Positions 53,016-60,777 of a DNA stretch of 63,259 nucleotides are shown here, piece after piece. Under the pieces are notes generated by a model. It was not told the origin of the DNA and ran no database searches. It was given only the letters and a program-made list of their open reading frames with translations. A program made the position numbers and the translations under genes. The stretch covers positions 1 through 63,259 of the forward strand of contig JACQCE010000084.1 in assembly GCA_016201765.1 (NCBI GenBank), given 5' to 3'. Numbering within the stretch: the first letter of the stretch is position 1; each line of letters opens with the position of its first letter. Source of the stretch: Nitrospirota bacterium (GTDB lineage: Bacteria; Nitrospirota; Nitrospiria; JACQCE01).

Positions 53016-53837
53016 CTATTGCGCCAGATCGTGGTGCTCCCGTCTCAGCCAAAAGAGCACCAGGGGGAAATAACCGGCGTAGAGCAACAGCTCCAGCAGC
53101 GAGGGATGGGAGCGGTAGCCGAACAGACCGGCCACCAATGAGCCGAACAGGCTGCGCTCGCTCAAGAGCCAGGAGCTGTCCCAAAACGGTTCGATGAGCG
53201 GCGGCAGCAAACCGGCGGCAATCAACCGCCCGCCGGCCGAAGAGAGCATGCCCGCCGCAATGAACAGCAGCAGCACGCCCGTGACTTTGAAAAACAACCG
53301 GAGATCCAAATGGCCGAACCCCTTGAAAAAGAGCCAGGCCATCACAATCCCGACAGCCACCCCCACCAGGCCGCCAATTACCTGAAGTGAGATATCAGCC
53401 ACCGGACCCGCCTGCAGGACCAATCCCCAGAGAAACAGGACCGTCTCCACCCCCTCACGGAACACCCCGACAAACGCCAGCGTTCCCAACGCCCAGAGCT
53501 GATGGCGCGCCAGTGCTTGATCCGCCTTGCTGAGGAGTTCTCCCTTGATTTCCCTGGCATTATGGTGCATCCAGACCACCATGTAGGTCAGCACCGCCAC
53601 GGCCGCCAGGAGAATCAACGCATCGAGCAGATCCTCCCCGATGCCCTCGACAAATCTCGTCGCCAGGCTGGATGCCCCGGCAAAGAGGCCGCTGGCCAGG
53701 ACGGCCAGCAGCGCGCCGCCAAGAATGTATCGAAACTCGTGTTGATGCCCGATTTTCCTCAGATAAGCCAGTAAAATCCCGACGATCAACGCCGCTTCAA
53801 TCGTTTCCCGCCACGTAATGACAAATGTTGCCAGCAT
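53016..53837 (-). CDS. FTR1/EfeU-family high-affinity iron permease
   Basis: Two REXXE motifs (WRETIEAAL, FREGVETVLF) and 7 TM. Confidence 0.85.
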   Translation of the reverse strand: MLATFVITWRETIEAALIVGILLAYLRKIGHQHEFRYILGGALLAVLASGLFAGASSLATRFVEGIGEDLLDALILLAAVAVLTYMVVWMHHNAREIKGELLSKADQALARHQLWALGTLAFVGVFREGVETVLFLWGLVLQAGPVADISLQVIGGLVGVAVGIVMAWLFFKGFGHLDLRLFFKVTGVLLLFIAAGMLSSAGGRLIAAGLLPPLIEPFWDSSWLLSERSLFGSLVAGLFGYRSHPSLLELLLYAGYFPLVLFWLRREHHDLAQ

Positions 53838-53861
53838 ATCAGGGTATCCGTTCTGTTAAGG

Positions 53862-54209
53862 TTATTCGATGACCAGACGTCCAGTGGCCGTCTTGGGATT
53901 GAATTCTCCAAAAAACTCATAGACGCCCGGTTTCAATGCCGGCAACCGGATGGTGATGGTGCCTCCCCCCCGGACCAGCTTTTCCCGATTCAGCGCCGTG
54001 CTTTCAAACTCCTCAGGTGTGGCATCCGCGTTGGTCACCTTCAACACAATCGGGCTTCCCGCCTTTGCCCGCACTTCAGTCGGCTCGAAACGATGCCCAC
54101 GGATCGTCAGCGCCAGTTCCTGATCGGCCCAAACCGGCGCCGCAGCCGCCATGCCAACACAGATTGCGACCGCCCCGCCCCACCACGCCATCCGCCCCGC
54201 ACGCGTCAT
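53862..54209 (-). CDS. periplasmic cupredoxin-like protein
   Basis: Signal peptide AICVGMAAAAPVWA, then LTIRGHRFEPTEVRAKAGSPIVLKVTNADATPEEF...GVYEFFGEF. Start chosen after the fur stop. Confidence 0.6.
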   Translation of the reverse strand: MTRAGRMAWWGGAVAICVGMAAAAPVWADQELALTIRGHRFEPTEVRAKAGSPIVLKVTNADATPEEFESTALNREKLVRGGGTITIRLPALKPGVYEFFGEFNPKTATGRLVIE

Positions 54210-54213
54210 CCCG

Positions 54214-54681
54214 TCACCCCCGTTTGCCCGATCCATGGTCATGACAATCCGCGCACAGGCCGTACAACTCCAACTTGTGCCGCCGGATCACAAAACGGTG
54301 GCGGCGGGCGACCTGTTCCTGCAACCGTTCGATATGCTGGTTCTCAAACTCGGTGATCTCCCCGCACTGGGTGCAGATCAGGTGATCATGGTGGTGCTTG
54401 TCGTAGACGGGATCATACCGGGTGTGGCCGTCGCCGAATTGGCGCGCTTCGGCCAGCCCGAAGCGGCAGAACAACCCCAGCGTCCGGTAAATGGTCGACA
54501 ACCCGATCCGGCTCTCCTTTTTCAACACTTCCCGATAGATTTCCTCCGCCGTGACATGGCGGGCCATGCCGACAAACACCTTGAAAATCTCCTGCCGTTG
54601 CCGTGTAAACCGCAGATGATTCCTGGTGATCTGGGTCTTGAGCAGCGTGGGCTGGACCGGGGCGCGCATGTTGATTCGCAT
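54214..54681 (-). CDS. fur: Fur-family transcriptional regulator
   Basis: Winged helix (RFTRQRQEIFKVF...HVTAEEIY..., STIYRTLGLF). Metal sites HHHDHLICTQCGEITEF and CADC. Confidence 0.85.
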   Translation of the reverse strand: MRINMRAPVQPTLLKTQITRNHLRFTRQRQEIFKVFVGMARHVTAEEIYREVLKKESRIGLSTIYRTLGLFCRFGLAEARQFGDGHTRYDPVYDKHHHDHLICTQCGEITEFENQHIERLQEQVARRHRFVIRRHKLELYGLCADCHDHGSGKRG

Positions 54682-54690
54682 GTTTATTAT

Positions 54691-54717
54691 TGAAAACGAT
54701 TTCTATTATCGTTTTCA
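54691..54717. promoter_or_regulatory. Fur-family operator-like palindrome
   Basis: TGAAAACGAT-7 nt-ATCGTTTTCA. The minus strand reads ...GAAAACGATAATAGAAATCGTTTTC with a GATAAT hexamer. It sits directly downstream of the fur -10 element. Confidence 0.55.
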
Positions 54718-54745
54718 TTTTATCGGCTCCATCGTCCCCTGTCAA
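54717..54745 (-). promoter_or_regulatory. sigma70 consensus promoter of the fur-cupredoxin-FTR1 operon
   Basis: Minus strand reads TTGACA-17 nt-TAAAAT. Confidence 0.6.
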
Positions 54746-55044
54746 GCCCGGCCCGCCTGCTGTAATCCCAAAATAGAAATGTCCGCTTTTGCCACGATAG
54801 AAATGTCCTCATTAGCCCTCAGACAACCGTCCCTCCAGAGAATGGTAGGGTTTGAGGGTAGAGGGATCAGATCAATCTCTGGGGGCAAGATCGAGAGGAA
54901 AACGGACCTCAGATAACGCTTGGTAGAATTTTATATCCTGGAAAAGAATGGACCGTCGCTTACGATAGATTAAAAACCGGACATTTCTACTTTGGGAGGA
55001 ACAGGACATTTCTAATTTGGTAGTACAAGCCCGGCCCGCCTGCT
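54743..55044. mobile_element. 264-bp non-autonomous insertion (54762-55025) flanked by 19-bp direct repeats
   Basis: Direct repeats CAAGCCCGGCCCGCCTGCT at 54743-54761 and 55026-55044. Terminal inverted repeats CCAAAATAGAAATGTCC / GGACATTTCTAATTTGG. TAGAAATGTCC occurs twice at each end (54774, 54798; complement at 54979, 55004). Low G+C and no credible ORF. Confidence 0.7.
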
Positions 55045-55072
55045 TGACACCCGAAACAATCCTCGCTACTAT
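55044..55072 (+). promoter_or_regulatory. sigma70 consensus promoter of ispB (very short leader)
   Basis: TTGACA-17 nt-TACTAT. The ATG at 55082 lies 10 nt after the -10 element. Confidence 0.6.
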
Positions 55073-55081
55073 GGAACGCCC

Positions 55082-56116
55082 ATGACGCCCCCGTTTGCCG
55101 ATTCGCCCCGGCTTGCCCCCTCCACCGCCGGCTTTGCCAACATCGATCAGGTCTGGGAGGCGTGCCGGGAGGATTTACAGGCGCTGGAGGGCCGGATCCG
55201 CTGCGCCATCGATTCCAACGCGCCGATCATCAACCACGCCGCGAGCTACCTCTTTTGCAGCGGCGGCAAACGCATCCGGCCGCTGCTGCTGATCCTGTCC
55301 GCGCGGTTGTGCAACGAGCGGGAGCGCCAGGACCGTCTCCTGCTGCTGGCCAGCGCGGTCGAGTACATTCACACGGCCGCCCTGTTGCACGACGACGTCC
55401 TGGACGACGCCGCCATGCGCCGGGGCCGCGAGACGGCCCGGCTCCTCTGGGGGAACAAGGCCAGCATCCTGGTCGGCGATTATCTCTATGCCCATGCCCT
55501 TGACCAGGTCATCGCGCTGGGCAACACCGCCATTCAGGCGGCGCTGGCCGAAACCTGCCGGAGCATGGTCGAGGGCGAAGTGCTGCAGCTCTCCCAGCGC
55601 CGCAACGTCAACATCAGCGCCGGCGATTACGTGAAGATCATCGACCACAAGACCGCCTGTCTCATTTCGACGACCTGCATGCTGGGCGCCCTGCTCGACA
55701 GCGCGGCTCCCGCCAAAAAAGCGGCGCTGGCGCAATTCGGCCGCCACCTGGGCATCGCCTTTCAACTGTCGGACGACGCCCTTGATTACAGCGCCAGCCA
55801 GCACAAGCTTGGGAAGGCGCTCGGCCAGGATCTCTACGAGGGCAAGATCACGCTGCCGCTGTTGCACCTCCTCTCGGCCTGCACCCGCGAGGAACGGACC
55901 GTGGTGGAACAGATCATCGAGCGGGGCGAGACCCCCGCCCATGATCTCGATACGATCCTGCGCCTGATGGAGCGCTATCAATCGGTGGCCTATACGCTTG
56001 AGGAGTCCCGCCGATTTATCGCCCTGGCGATCGAAGAGCTCCGAGCCTTCCCGCCCTCCCCCTACCGGGACGCCCTCGAAATCGTCGCCGACTACGTGGT
56101 TTCCCGTGACCATTAA
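55082..56116 (+). CDS. ispB: polyprenyl (octaprenyl/heptaprenyl) diphosphate synthase
   Basis: First DDxxD LLHDDVLDD and second FQLSDDALDY. GKRIRPLLL. Confidence 0.85.
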   Translation: MTPPFADSPRLAPSTAGFANIDQVWEACREDLQALEGRIRCAIDSNAPIINHAASYLFCSGGKRIRPLLLILSARLCNERERQDRLLLLASAVEYIHTAALLHDDVLDDAAMRRGRETARLLWGNKASILVGDYLYAHALDQVIALGNTAIQAALAETCRSMVEGEVLQLSQRRNVNISAGDYVKIIDHKTACLISTTCMLGALLDSAAPAKKAALAQFGRHLGIAFQLSDDALDYSASQHKLGKALGQDLYEGKITLPLLHLLSACTREERTVVEQIIERGETPAHDLDTILRLMERYQSVAYTLEESRRFIALAIEELRAFPPSPYRDALEIVADYVVSRDH

Positions 56117-56156
56117 CCGCTCCGCCGGCCGCGCCGCGACCGTCTGAATCCGACCC

Positions 56157-57503
56157 ATGCCGCTGATCCGCCCGTTCCGCGCCATCCGCTATAATCCTGC
56201 GCGGTTTCCCGATCTGACGCCCCTGCTGACACCGCCGTATGACATCATTTCTCCGGACGAGCAGGAGGGCTACTACACGCGCCACCCGCACAACATGATC
56301 CGGATCGACCTGAACCGGGTCCGGCCGGCCGATTCCGAGACGGACAACCGGTACCTGCGGGCCGCCCGCCACTTTGCCGACTGGCGGCACGATCAGACCT
56401 TCATCCAGGACGAGACCCCCTCGTTCTATCCGGCCTCAATCCGCTATGCCCCGGCGAAGGGCGAGACGAAAACCCTGCTGGGGTTTTTCGCGCTCGTCCG
56501 GGCGGAGCCGTTCGAATCGGGCCAGATTCTTCCACACGAACTGACCTTCGCCTCGGCGAAGCAGGATCGCCTGCAACTGCTGCGCCACTGCCGGGCCCAT
56601 TTCAGCCCGATTCTGCTGCTGGCCCCGGATCCAACGGGACGGCTCCGCCCCCTCCTGGAACGGGCGATTGCCGCCTCCGTGCCGGCCGGCCGGGCCGTGG
56701 TGGACGCCGCCACGGTGCAGGAGGCGTGGCGACTGACCGATCCCCCGCTCATCAGCGAACTGGGCGGGCTCATCGCCCAGGCCCCCCTCATGATTGCGGA
56801 CGGTCATCACCGGTACGAGACCGCGCTCAACTACCGCAAGGAAATCGCCGCCGATGCCCAGGCCCGGCAGGCGCTCGGTCCGGCCGCCGAGTTTTGCCTC
56901 GCCTTTATCACGGCCAGCCATGATCCCGGCTTGTCCATTTTGCCGACGCATCGCGTGCTGGCCCGATTGCCCGGGTTTGATGCCGGCCGGTTGCTCGATC
57001 GATTGAAAGAGCGCTTTTCCATCCTGCCGCTGGCCGTCGATCCAGCCTCGCCCGATGCCATGCCGGCGCTCACGGCCGCCATGCAACAGCATGGCCGGAC
57101 GCAGCCGACCTTCGGACTGGTTGTGGGAGCACGGGAGGATGGATCGCCCGCGCGACTCTGGGTGCTCACGGCCAACGAGCCCGTGGCGGCGCAGTTGGAC
57201 GTCCGCATTCTTCAATCGGAAATTTTTGAGACGTTGTTGCACCTGCAGGAGGAGTCGGCGGTCGCCGACGGCCAGCTTCGGTACGTCAAGGATGCGACCC
57301 AGGCGGCCCGCCAGGTTCTGAGCAGCGAAGCCCAACTCGCCTGTTTGCTGAATCCCACACCGATTGATGCCATAGAAACGATCGCCAGAACCGGCGGCCG
57401 GATGCCGAGAAAGACCACCTATTTTCTGCCCAAACCGCTGACCGGATTCGTCCTCTACCCCGTCGACCCCGCCGCACTGCCCGATCCACCTACCCGCCCT
57501 TGA
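56157..57503 (+). CDS. DUF1015 family protein
   Basis: MPLIRPFRAIRYNP...LTPPYDIIS...IADGHHRYETAL is the conserved DUF1015 pattern. Confidence 0.75.
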   Translation: MPLIRPFRAIRYNPARFPDLTPLLTPPYDIISPDEQEGYYTRHPHNMIRIDLNRVRPADSETDNRYLRAARHFADWRHDQTFIQDETPSFYPASIRYAPAKGETKTLLGFFALVRAEPFESGQILPHELTFASAKQDRLQLLRHCRAHFSPILLLAPDPTGRLRPLLERAIAASVPAGRAVVDAATVQEAWRLTDPPLISELGGLIAQAPLMIADGHHRYETALNYRKEIAADAQARQALGPAAEFCLAFITASHDPGLSILPTHRVLARLPGFDAGRLLDRLKERFSILPLAVDPASPDAMPALTAAMQQHGRTQPTFGLVVGAREDGSPARLWVLTANEPVAAQLDVRILQSEIFETLLHLQEESAVADGQLRYVKDATQAARQVLSSEAQLACLLNPTPIDAIETIARTGGRMPRKTTYFLPKPLTGFVLYPVDPAALPDPPTRP

Positions 57504-57534
57504 CAGGGCGCCGGGGCAGCCAGTAGGTTATGCC

Positions 57535-58227
57535 ATGGTTGCCGTACGACCGCTGATCTCCATCATCGTGCCCGTGCTGGATGAGTCGGCCACACTCGCC
57601 GCCACCTTGCACCCGCTGGTCGGCGTCCCGGACAGCGAATTGATCATCGTGGACGGTGGAAGCCGGGACGGGACGGTCACTGTGGCCGGCCAATTCACCG
57701 GAGAAGTCTTTCAAGGCGCGCGGGGACGGGCCAACCAGATGAATTTCGGCGCCCTGCAGGCCAAGGGGGAGATCCTGCTCTTCCTGCACGGCGACACCGC
57801 ACTGCCCTCGTCGGCACTGGACATGGTCCGCCGCACATTGGACGATCAGACGGTCGCCGGCGGGGCCTTTCGGCTCCGGATCGCGTCGCCGTGCCGCGTC
57901 TTGAAAATTATTGCCTGGGGCGCCAATCTCCGGAGCCGCTATTTCGGGCTGCCCTACGGGGATCAGGCCTTGTTCGTGCGTCGGACGGTCTTTGAGACCA
58001 TCGGCGGCTTTGCGCCCTGGCCGTTGATGGAAGACGTCGATCTGGTTCGACGGATCAAACGGGTCGGACGGGTGGCGCTCCTGCCGGACGCCGTGACCAC
58101 ATCGGCCCGCCGTTGGGAACGGGAGGGCGTGCTCTGGACAACGGCCCGAAACAGTTTGCTCCTGGCCGGCTTTTGGCTGGGGATTCCTCCCGCCTGGCTG
58201 GCGCAATGGTATCGCGTGATCCGCTAG
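57535..58227 (+). CDS. family 2 glycosyltransferase (TIGR04283-like)
   Basis: ISIIVPVLDE...LIIVDGGSRDGT...LFLHGDT...YGDQALFVRR. Confidence 0.75.
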   Translation: MVAVRPLISIIVPVLDESATLAATLHPLVGVPDSELIIVDGGSRDGTVTVAGQFTGEVFQGARGRANQMNFGALQAKGEILLFLHGDTALPSSALDMVRRTLDDQTVAGGAFRLRIASPCRVLKIIAWGANLRSRYFGLPYGDQALFVRRTVFETIGGFAPWPLMEDVDLVRRIKRVGRVALLPDAVTTSARRWEREGVLWTTARNSLLLAGFWLGIPPAWLAQWYRVIR

Positions 58228-58272
58228 AATATGGGCCGTAGCCCGTCATCTCATCAACAGAAAGGAACAGAT

Positions 58273-58668
58273 ATGGCATCGTCGGGATTGGGTCTTGCCA
58301 AGACAACCGATCTAGATTATGAGCAGGCGATCGCCAAAGTCATTGATGAACTGAAGAAGGAAGGGTTCGGCGTCCTGACCGAGATCGACGTCAAAGAGAC
58401 GCTCAAAAAGAAGCTGGGCATTGAATTCCGCCCCTACAAAATTCTCGGCGCCTGCAATCCGACACTGGCCCACCAAGCGCTGCAGAAAGAGGTTGAATTG
58501 GGCATGTTTTTACCCTGCAACGTCATCGTCTACCGGGCGGACGACGGCCGGACGGTCGTCAGCGCCGTCGATCCGAAGATCGCCCTCGGCCGCTTGAACC
58601 GGCCCCAGTTGGAACCGATCGCCGATGAAGTCGCCGCCCGGCTGAAACGGGTCATCGCCGCCGTCTGA
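58273..58668 (+). CDS. DUF302 domain protein
   Basis: EGFGVLTEIDVKETLKKKLG...YKILGACNP...LPCNVIVY. ATG 58273 is preceded by AAAGGAACAG. Confidence 0.75.
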   Translation: MASSGLGLAKTTDLDYEQAIAKVIDELKKEGFGVLTEIDVKETLKKKLGIEFRPYKILGACNPTLAHQALQKEVELGMFLPCNVIVYRADDGRTVVSAVDPKIALGRLNRPQLEPIADEVAARLKRVIAAV

Positions 58669-58676
58669 CGCCGCGC

Positions 58677-59216
58677 ATGGCTTCCGAGATCATCCTGTTG
58701 CCCGACAATTTTCGGATCGACCCGTCCGCCTTCATCGCCCCAAACGCCACGTTGCTGGGGCAGGTGACCGTCGGTCCGGAGGCCAGCGTCTGGTTCGGCG
58801 TGGTCATCAGGGCCGATCTGGCGCCAATCACGCTCGGCCGGGCGACCAACATTCAGGATAATTCCGTCCTGCACGTGGACGCCGGCAAGCCCGTCATCCT
58901 GGGCGACCACGTCACGGTCGGCCACCGGGCGATCGTCCACGGGGCCACGGTGGAATCCCGGGCCCTGATCGGCATGGGGTCCATTATCCTGAACGGGGCG
59001 GTGATCGGGGCCGAATCGGTCATCGGGGCCGGGGCCCTCGTCACGGAACGAGCCGTCATCCCGCCCCGGTCGCTGGTCCTGGGCGTCCCGGGCAAAGTGG
59101 TCCGGTCCGTCACGGAAAAAGAGCTGGCCTATATCGCCCACGCCTGGTCGGCCTATGTCGAGTACGCCCGGCGGTACCGCGCCGAGGGGCGCCGGCCTTA
59201 TGCACCACCCCCTTAA
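58677..59216 (+). CDS. gamma-class carbonic anhydrase-like hexapeptide-repeat protein
   Basis: Left-handed beta-helix repeats. VWFGVVIRADLAPITLGRATNIQDNSVLHVD and GHRAIVHG (His ligands). Confidence 0.8.
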   Translation: MASEIILLPDNFRIDPSAFIAPNATLLGQVTVGPEASVWFGVVIRADLAPITLGRATNIQDNSVLHVDAGKPVILGDHVTVGHRAIVHGATVESRALIGMGSIILNGAVIGAESVIGAGALVTERAVIPPRSLVLGVPGKVVRSVTEKELAYIAHAWSAYVEYARRYRAEGRRPYAPPP

Positions 59217-59233
59217 CCAGCCACCAATAGGAC

Positions 59234-59263
59234 TTGACGACCCTATTTTGATCATGGTATAGT
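59234..59263 (+). promoter_or_regulatory. sigma70 promoter with extended -10, upstream of cspA
   Basis: TTGACG-18 nt-(TGg)TATAGT. Confidence 0.55.
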
Positions 59264-59308
59264 GATATTGCTTAGCAGGACGACAGAGTACGTGATCGAT
59301 CAGAGACG

Positions 59309-59345
59309 CCGCAGCCGAGAAGTCCCACGCAGCTGCGGTTTTTTT
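59309..59345 (+). terminator. intrinsic terminator-like hairpin plus U7 inside the csp 5' leader
   Basis: CCGCAGC-16 nt-GCTGCGG followed by TTTTTTT, about 115 nt upstream of the csp ATG. Confidence 0.5.
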
Positions 59346-59461
59346 GTGTGCTCGCTGTCAGACCGCACGCTGTTCGACCCGCAGGCACCCACAATCAGCA
59401 GGTTCGGCACCGTTTCCCATGACGGGAAGCCCTGCGGCCGGACAGAGAGGTGAAGTAGAAC

Positions 59462-59662
59462 ATGGCACGAGGCACAGTCAAATGGTTCAACGCCACGAAG
59501 GGCTACGGCTTTATCGCCCAGGACAGCGGCAAGGACGTATTTGTGCACTATTCGGCGATTCAAGGCGACGGGTACAAAACCCTCGAAGAGGGACAGACCG
59601 TCGAGTTTGAAATCACCGAAGGCCCCAAGGGCCCGCAAGCCAGCAACGTGACGAAGGTCTAA
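59462..59662 (+). CDS. cspA: cold-shock protein (CspA family)
   Basis: [15 protein letters not shown] (RNP1) and VFVHYSAI (RNP2). 66 aa. Confidence 0.95.
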   Translation: MARGTVKWFNATKGYGFIAQDSGKDVFVHYSAIQGDGYKTLEEGQTVEFEITEGPKGPQASNVTKV

Positions 59663-59683
59663 ACCCCTTCCATCGCATGTGAC

Positions 59684-59730
59684 ACCAACGCCCCATTCCG
59701 GGTCACCGGGATGGGGCGTTGGTCTTTCAG
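59684..59730. terminator. terminator hairpin between convergent csp and comF
   Basis: ACCAACGCCCCAT-14 nt-ATGGGGCGTTGGT followed by CTTTC. Confidence 0.65.
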
Positions 59731-60497
59731 GCGGAGCCGGGCCGGATCTGCCGGGCGACGGTCAGCGCCTGCACCGGGCCAGCGCCGGCCCGCGTCAACA
59801 CCCGTGCGCACTCGTGCACGGTGGAGCCCGTCGTCATCACGTCATCGATCAGCAGAATCCTCCTGCCCTCCACCGGTTCAACGTCCCGAACGAGGAACGC
59901 CTGCCTGACGTTGCGACGCCGTTCGGCCGCATCCAGGCCGACCTGCGCCTGCGTCGGCCGCGTCCGTTCGAGCAGATTCCACCAGAGCGGCCACCCCGTC
60001 TCCCGGCAGACGACCTGCGCCAGCGCCAGCGCCTGATTGAACTCCCGTTCGCGCAGCCGTTGCACATGCAGCGGCACGGGGACGACGCCGTCGACCGGCC
60101 CCAATTCCTCCAGCAGCGGCAGCAGCAAGGCGCCCAACGACCGGGCCAGCAGCCGCCGGCGCTGATATTTCATCAGATGAATGGCCGAGGCGGCGACCCC
60201 GTCATAGGCCACGGCCGAGCGGGCGCGCTCAAACGGCGGCTCCCGGTCGCGACAGGCCGAGCACAGGTGCGTCGGACTGTAAAGCAGCGCGGCGGATGAC
60301 GCAAACGGCAGTCCGCAGCGCGGACACCAGGGCCGGGACAGGTGGGGCATCGTCCGCCAGCACTGGGCGCAAAAATAGGGATTGTCAGGCATCGACGGTT
60401 GCGCCCGGCAGACCGTGCAGACCGACGGCCACAACCACTGGAACAACCGCCTGGCCCCCCCGATAATGTGATCTCGCGTTCTGCGGCCGGTCATCAA
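59727..60497 (-). CDS. comF: ComF-family protein (phosphoribosyltransferase domain with N-terminal zinc ribbon)
   Basis: CxxC pairs (CTVCR, CAQCW, CPRCG, CSAC) and the PRT motif ILLIDDVMTTGST. Confidence 0.8.
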   Translation of the reverse strand: MMTGRRTRDHIIGGARRLFQWLWPSVCTVCRAQPSMPDNPYFCAQCWRTMPHLSRPWCPRCGLPFASSAALLYSPTHLCSACRDREPPFERARSAVAYDGVAASAIHLMKYQRRRLLARSLGALLLPLLEELGPVDGVVPVPLHVQRLREREFNQALALAQVVCRETGWPLWWNLLERTRPTQAQVGLDAAERRRNVRQAFLVRDVEPVEGRRILLIDDVMTTGSTVHECARVLTRAGAGPVQALTVARQIRPGSA

Positions 60498-60575
60498 TGA
60501 GCACTACAGGTCGTCACAGTGGAAACTCGGACCCCAGCCGGAATTTAAGAGGGTGTTGAGGAGTGTGTCCTATGG

Positions 60576-60777
60576 GCAGGCCGGTCAAAAAGTTCCACGA
60601 CCCGCTTGCGCGGGTGCCCCGAGGCCGCAGGGAGCGAGAAACCGGAGTCCGACCATCTCGCAGAGCGGTGGTCGGATGAGGATTTCCGACGGGGCACCCA
60701 TTGCGGCGCAGCCATTGCCTCGCCGTTATGACGATAGACCGTGAGAACGCAGCAGGTGAACTTTTTCAACGGCCTGC
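60576..60777 (-). ncRNA. candidate structured RNA or palindromic element (about 200 nt, nested helices)
   Basis: Outer arms GCAGGCCGGTCAAAAAGTTCCAC / GTGAACTTTTTCAACGGCCTGC. Inner helices GGGTGCCCCG/CGGGGCACCC and CCGACCA/TGGTCGG. On the minus strand there is a CCCGC-GCAA-GCGGG GNRA hairpin. No credible ORF. Confidence 0.35.

Noticed and set aside
54848-54885. G-run cluster (GGG-N4-GGG-N4-GGG-N16-GGGGG) inside the 264-bp insertion as a G-quadruplex
   Set aside because: The last loop is long and G-runs are common in GC-rich genomes. There is no independent support.
57502-57534. TTGACA-18 nt-TAGGTT promoter-like string before the GT2 gene
   Set aside because: The -10 is poor and ends only 3 nt before the ATG. 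Not convincing enough to list.
60601-60614. CCCGC-GCAA-GCGGG hairpin, identical to a hairpin in E. coli RNase P RNA
   Set aside because: No GGAAAGUCC-type universal RNase P motifs are nearby and the interval is too short (about 280 nt). It is just a common GNRA-capped stem.
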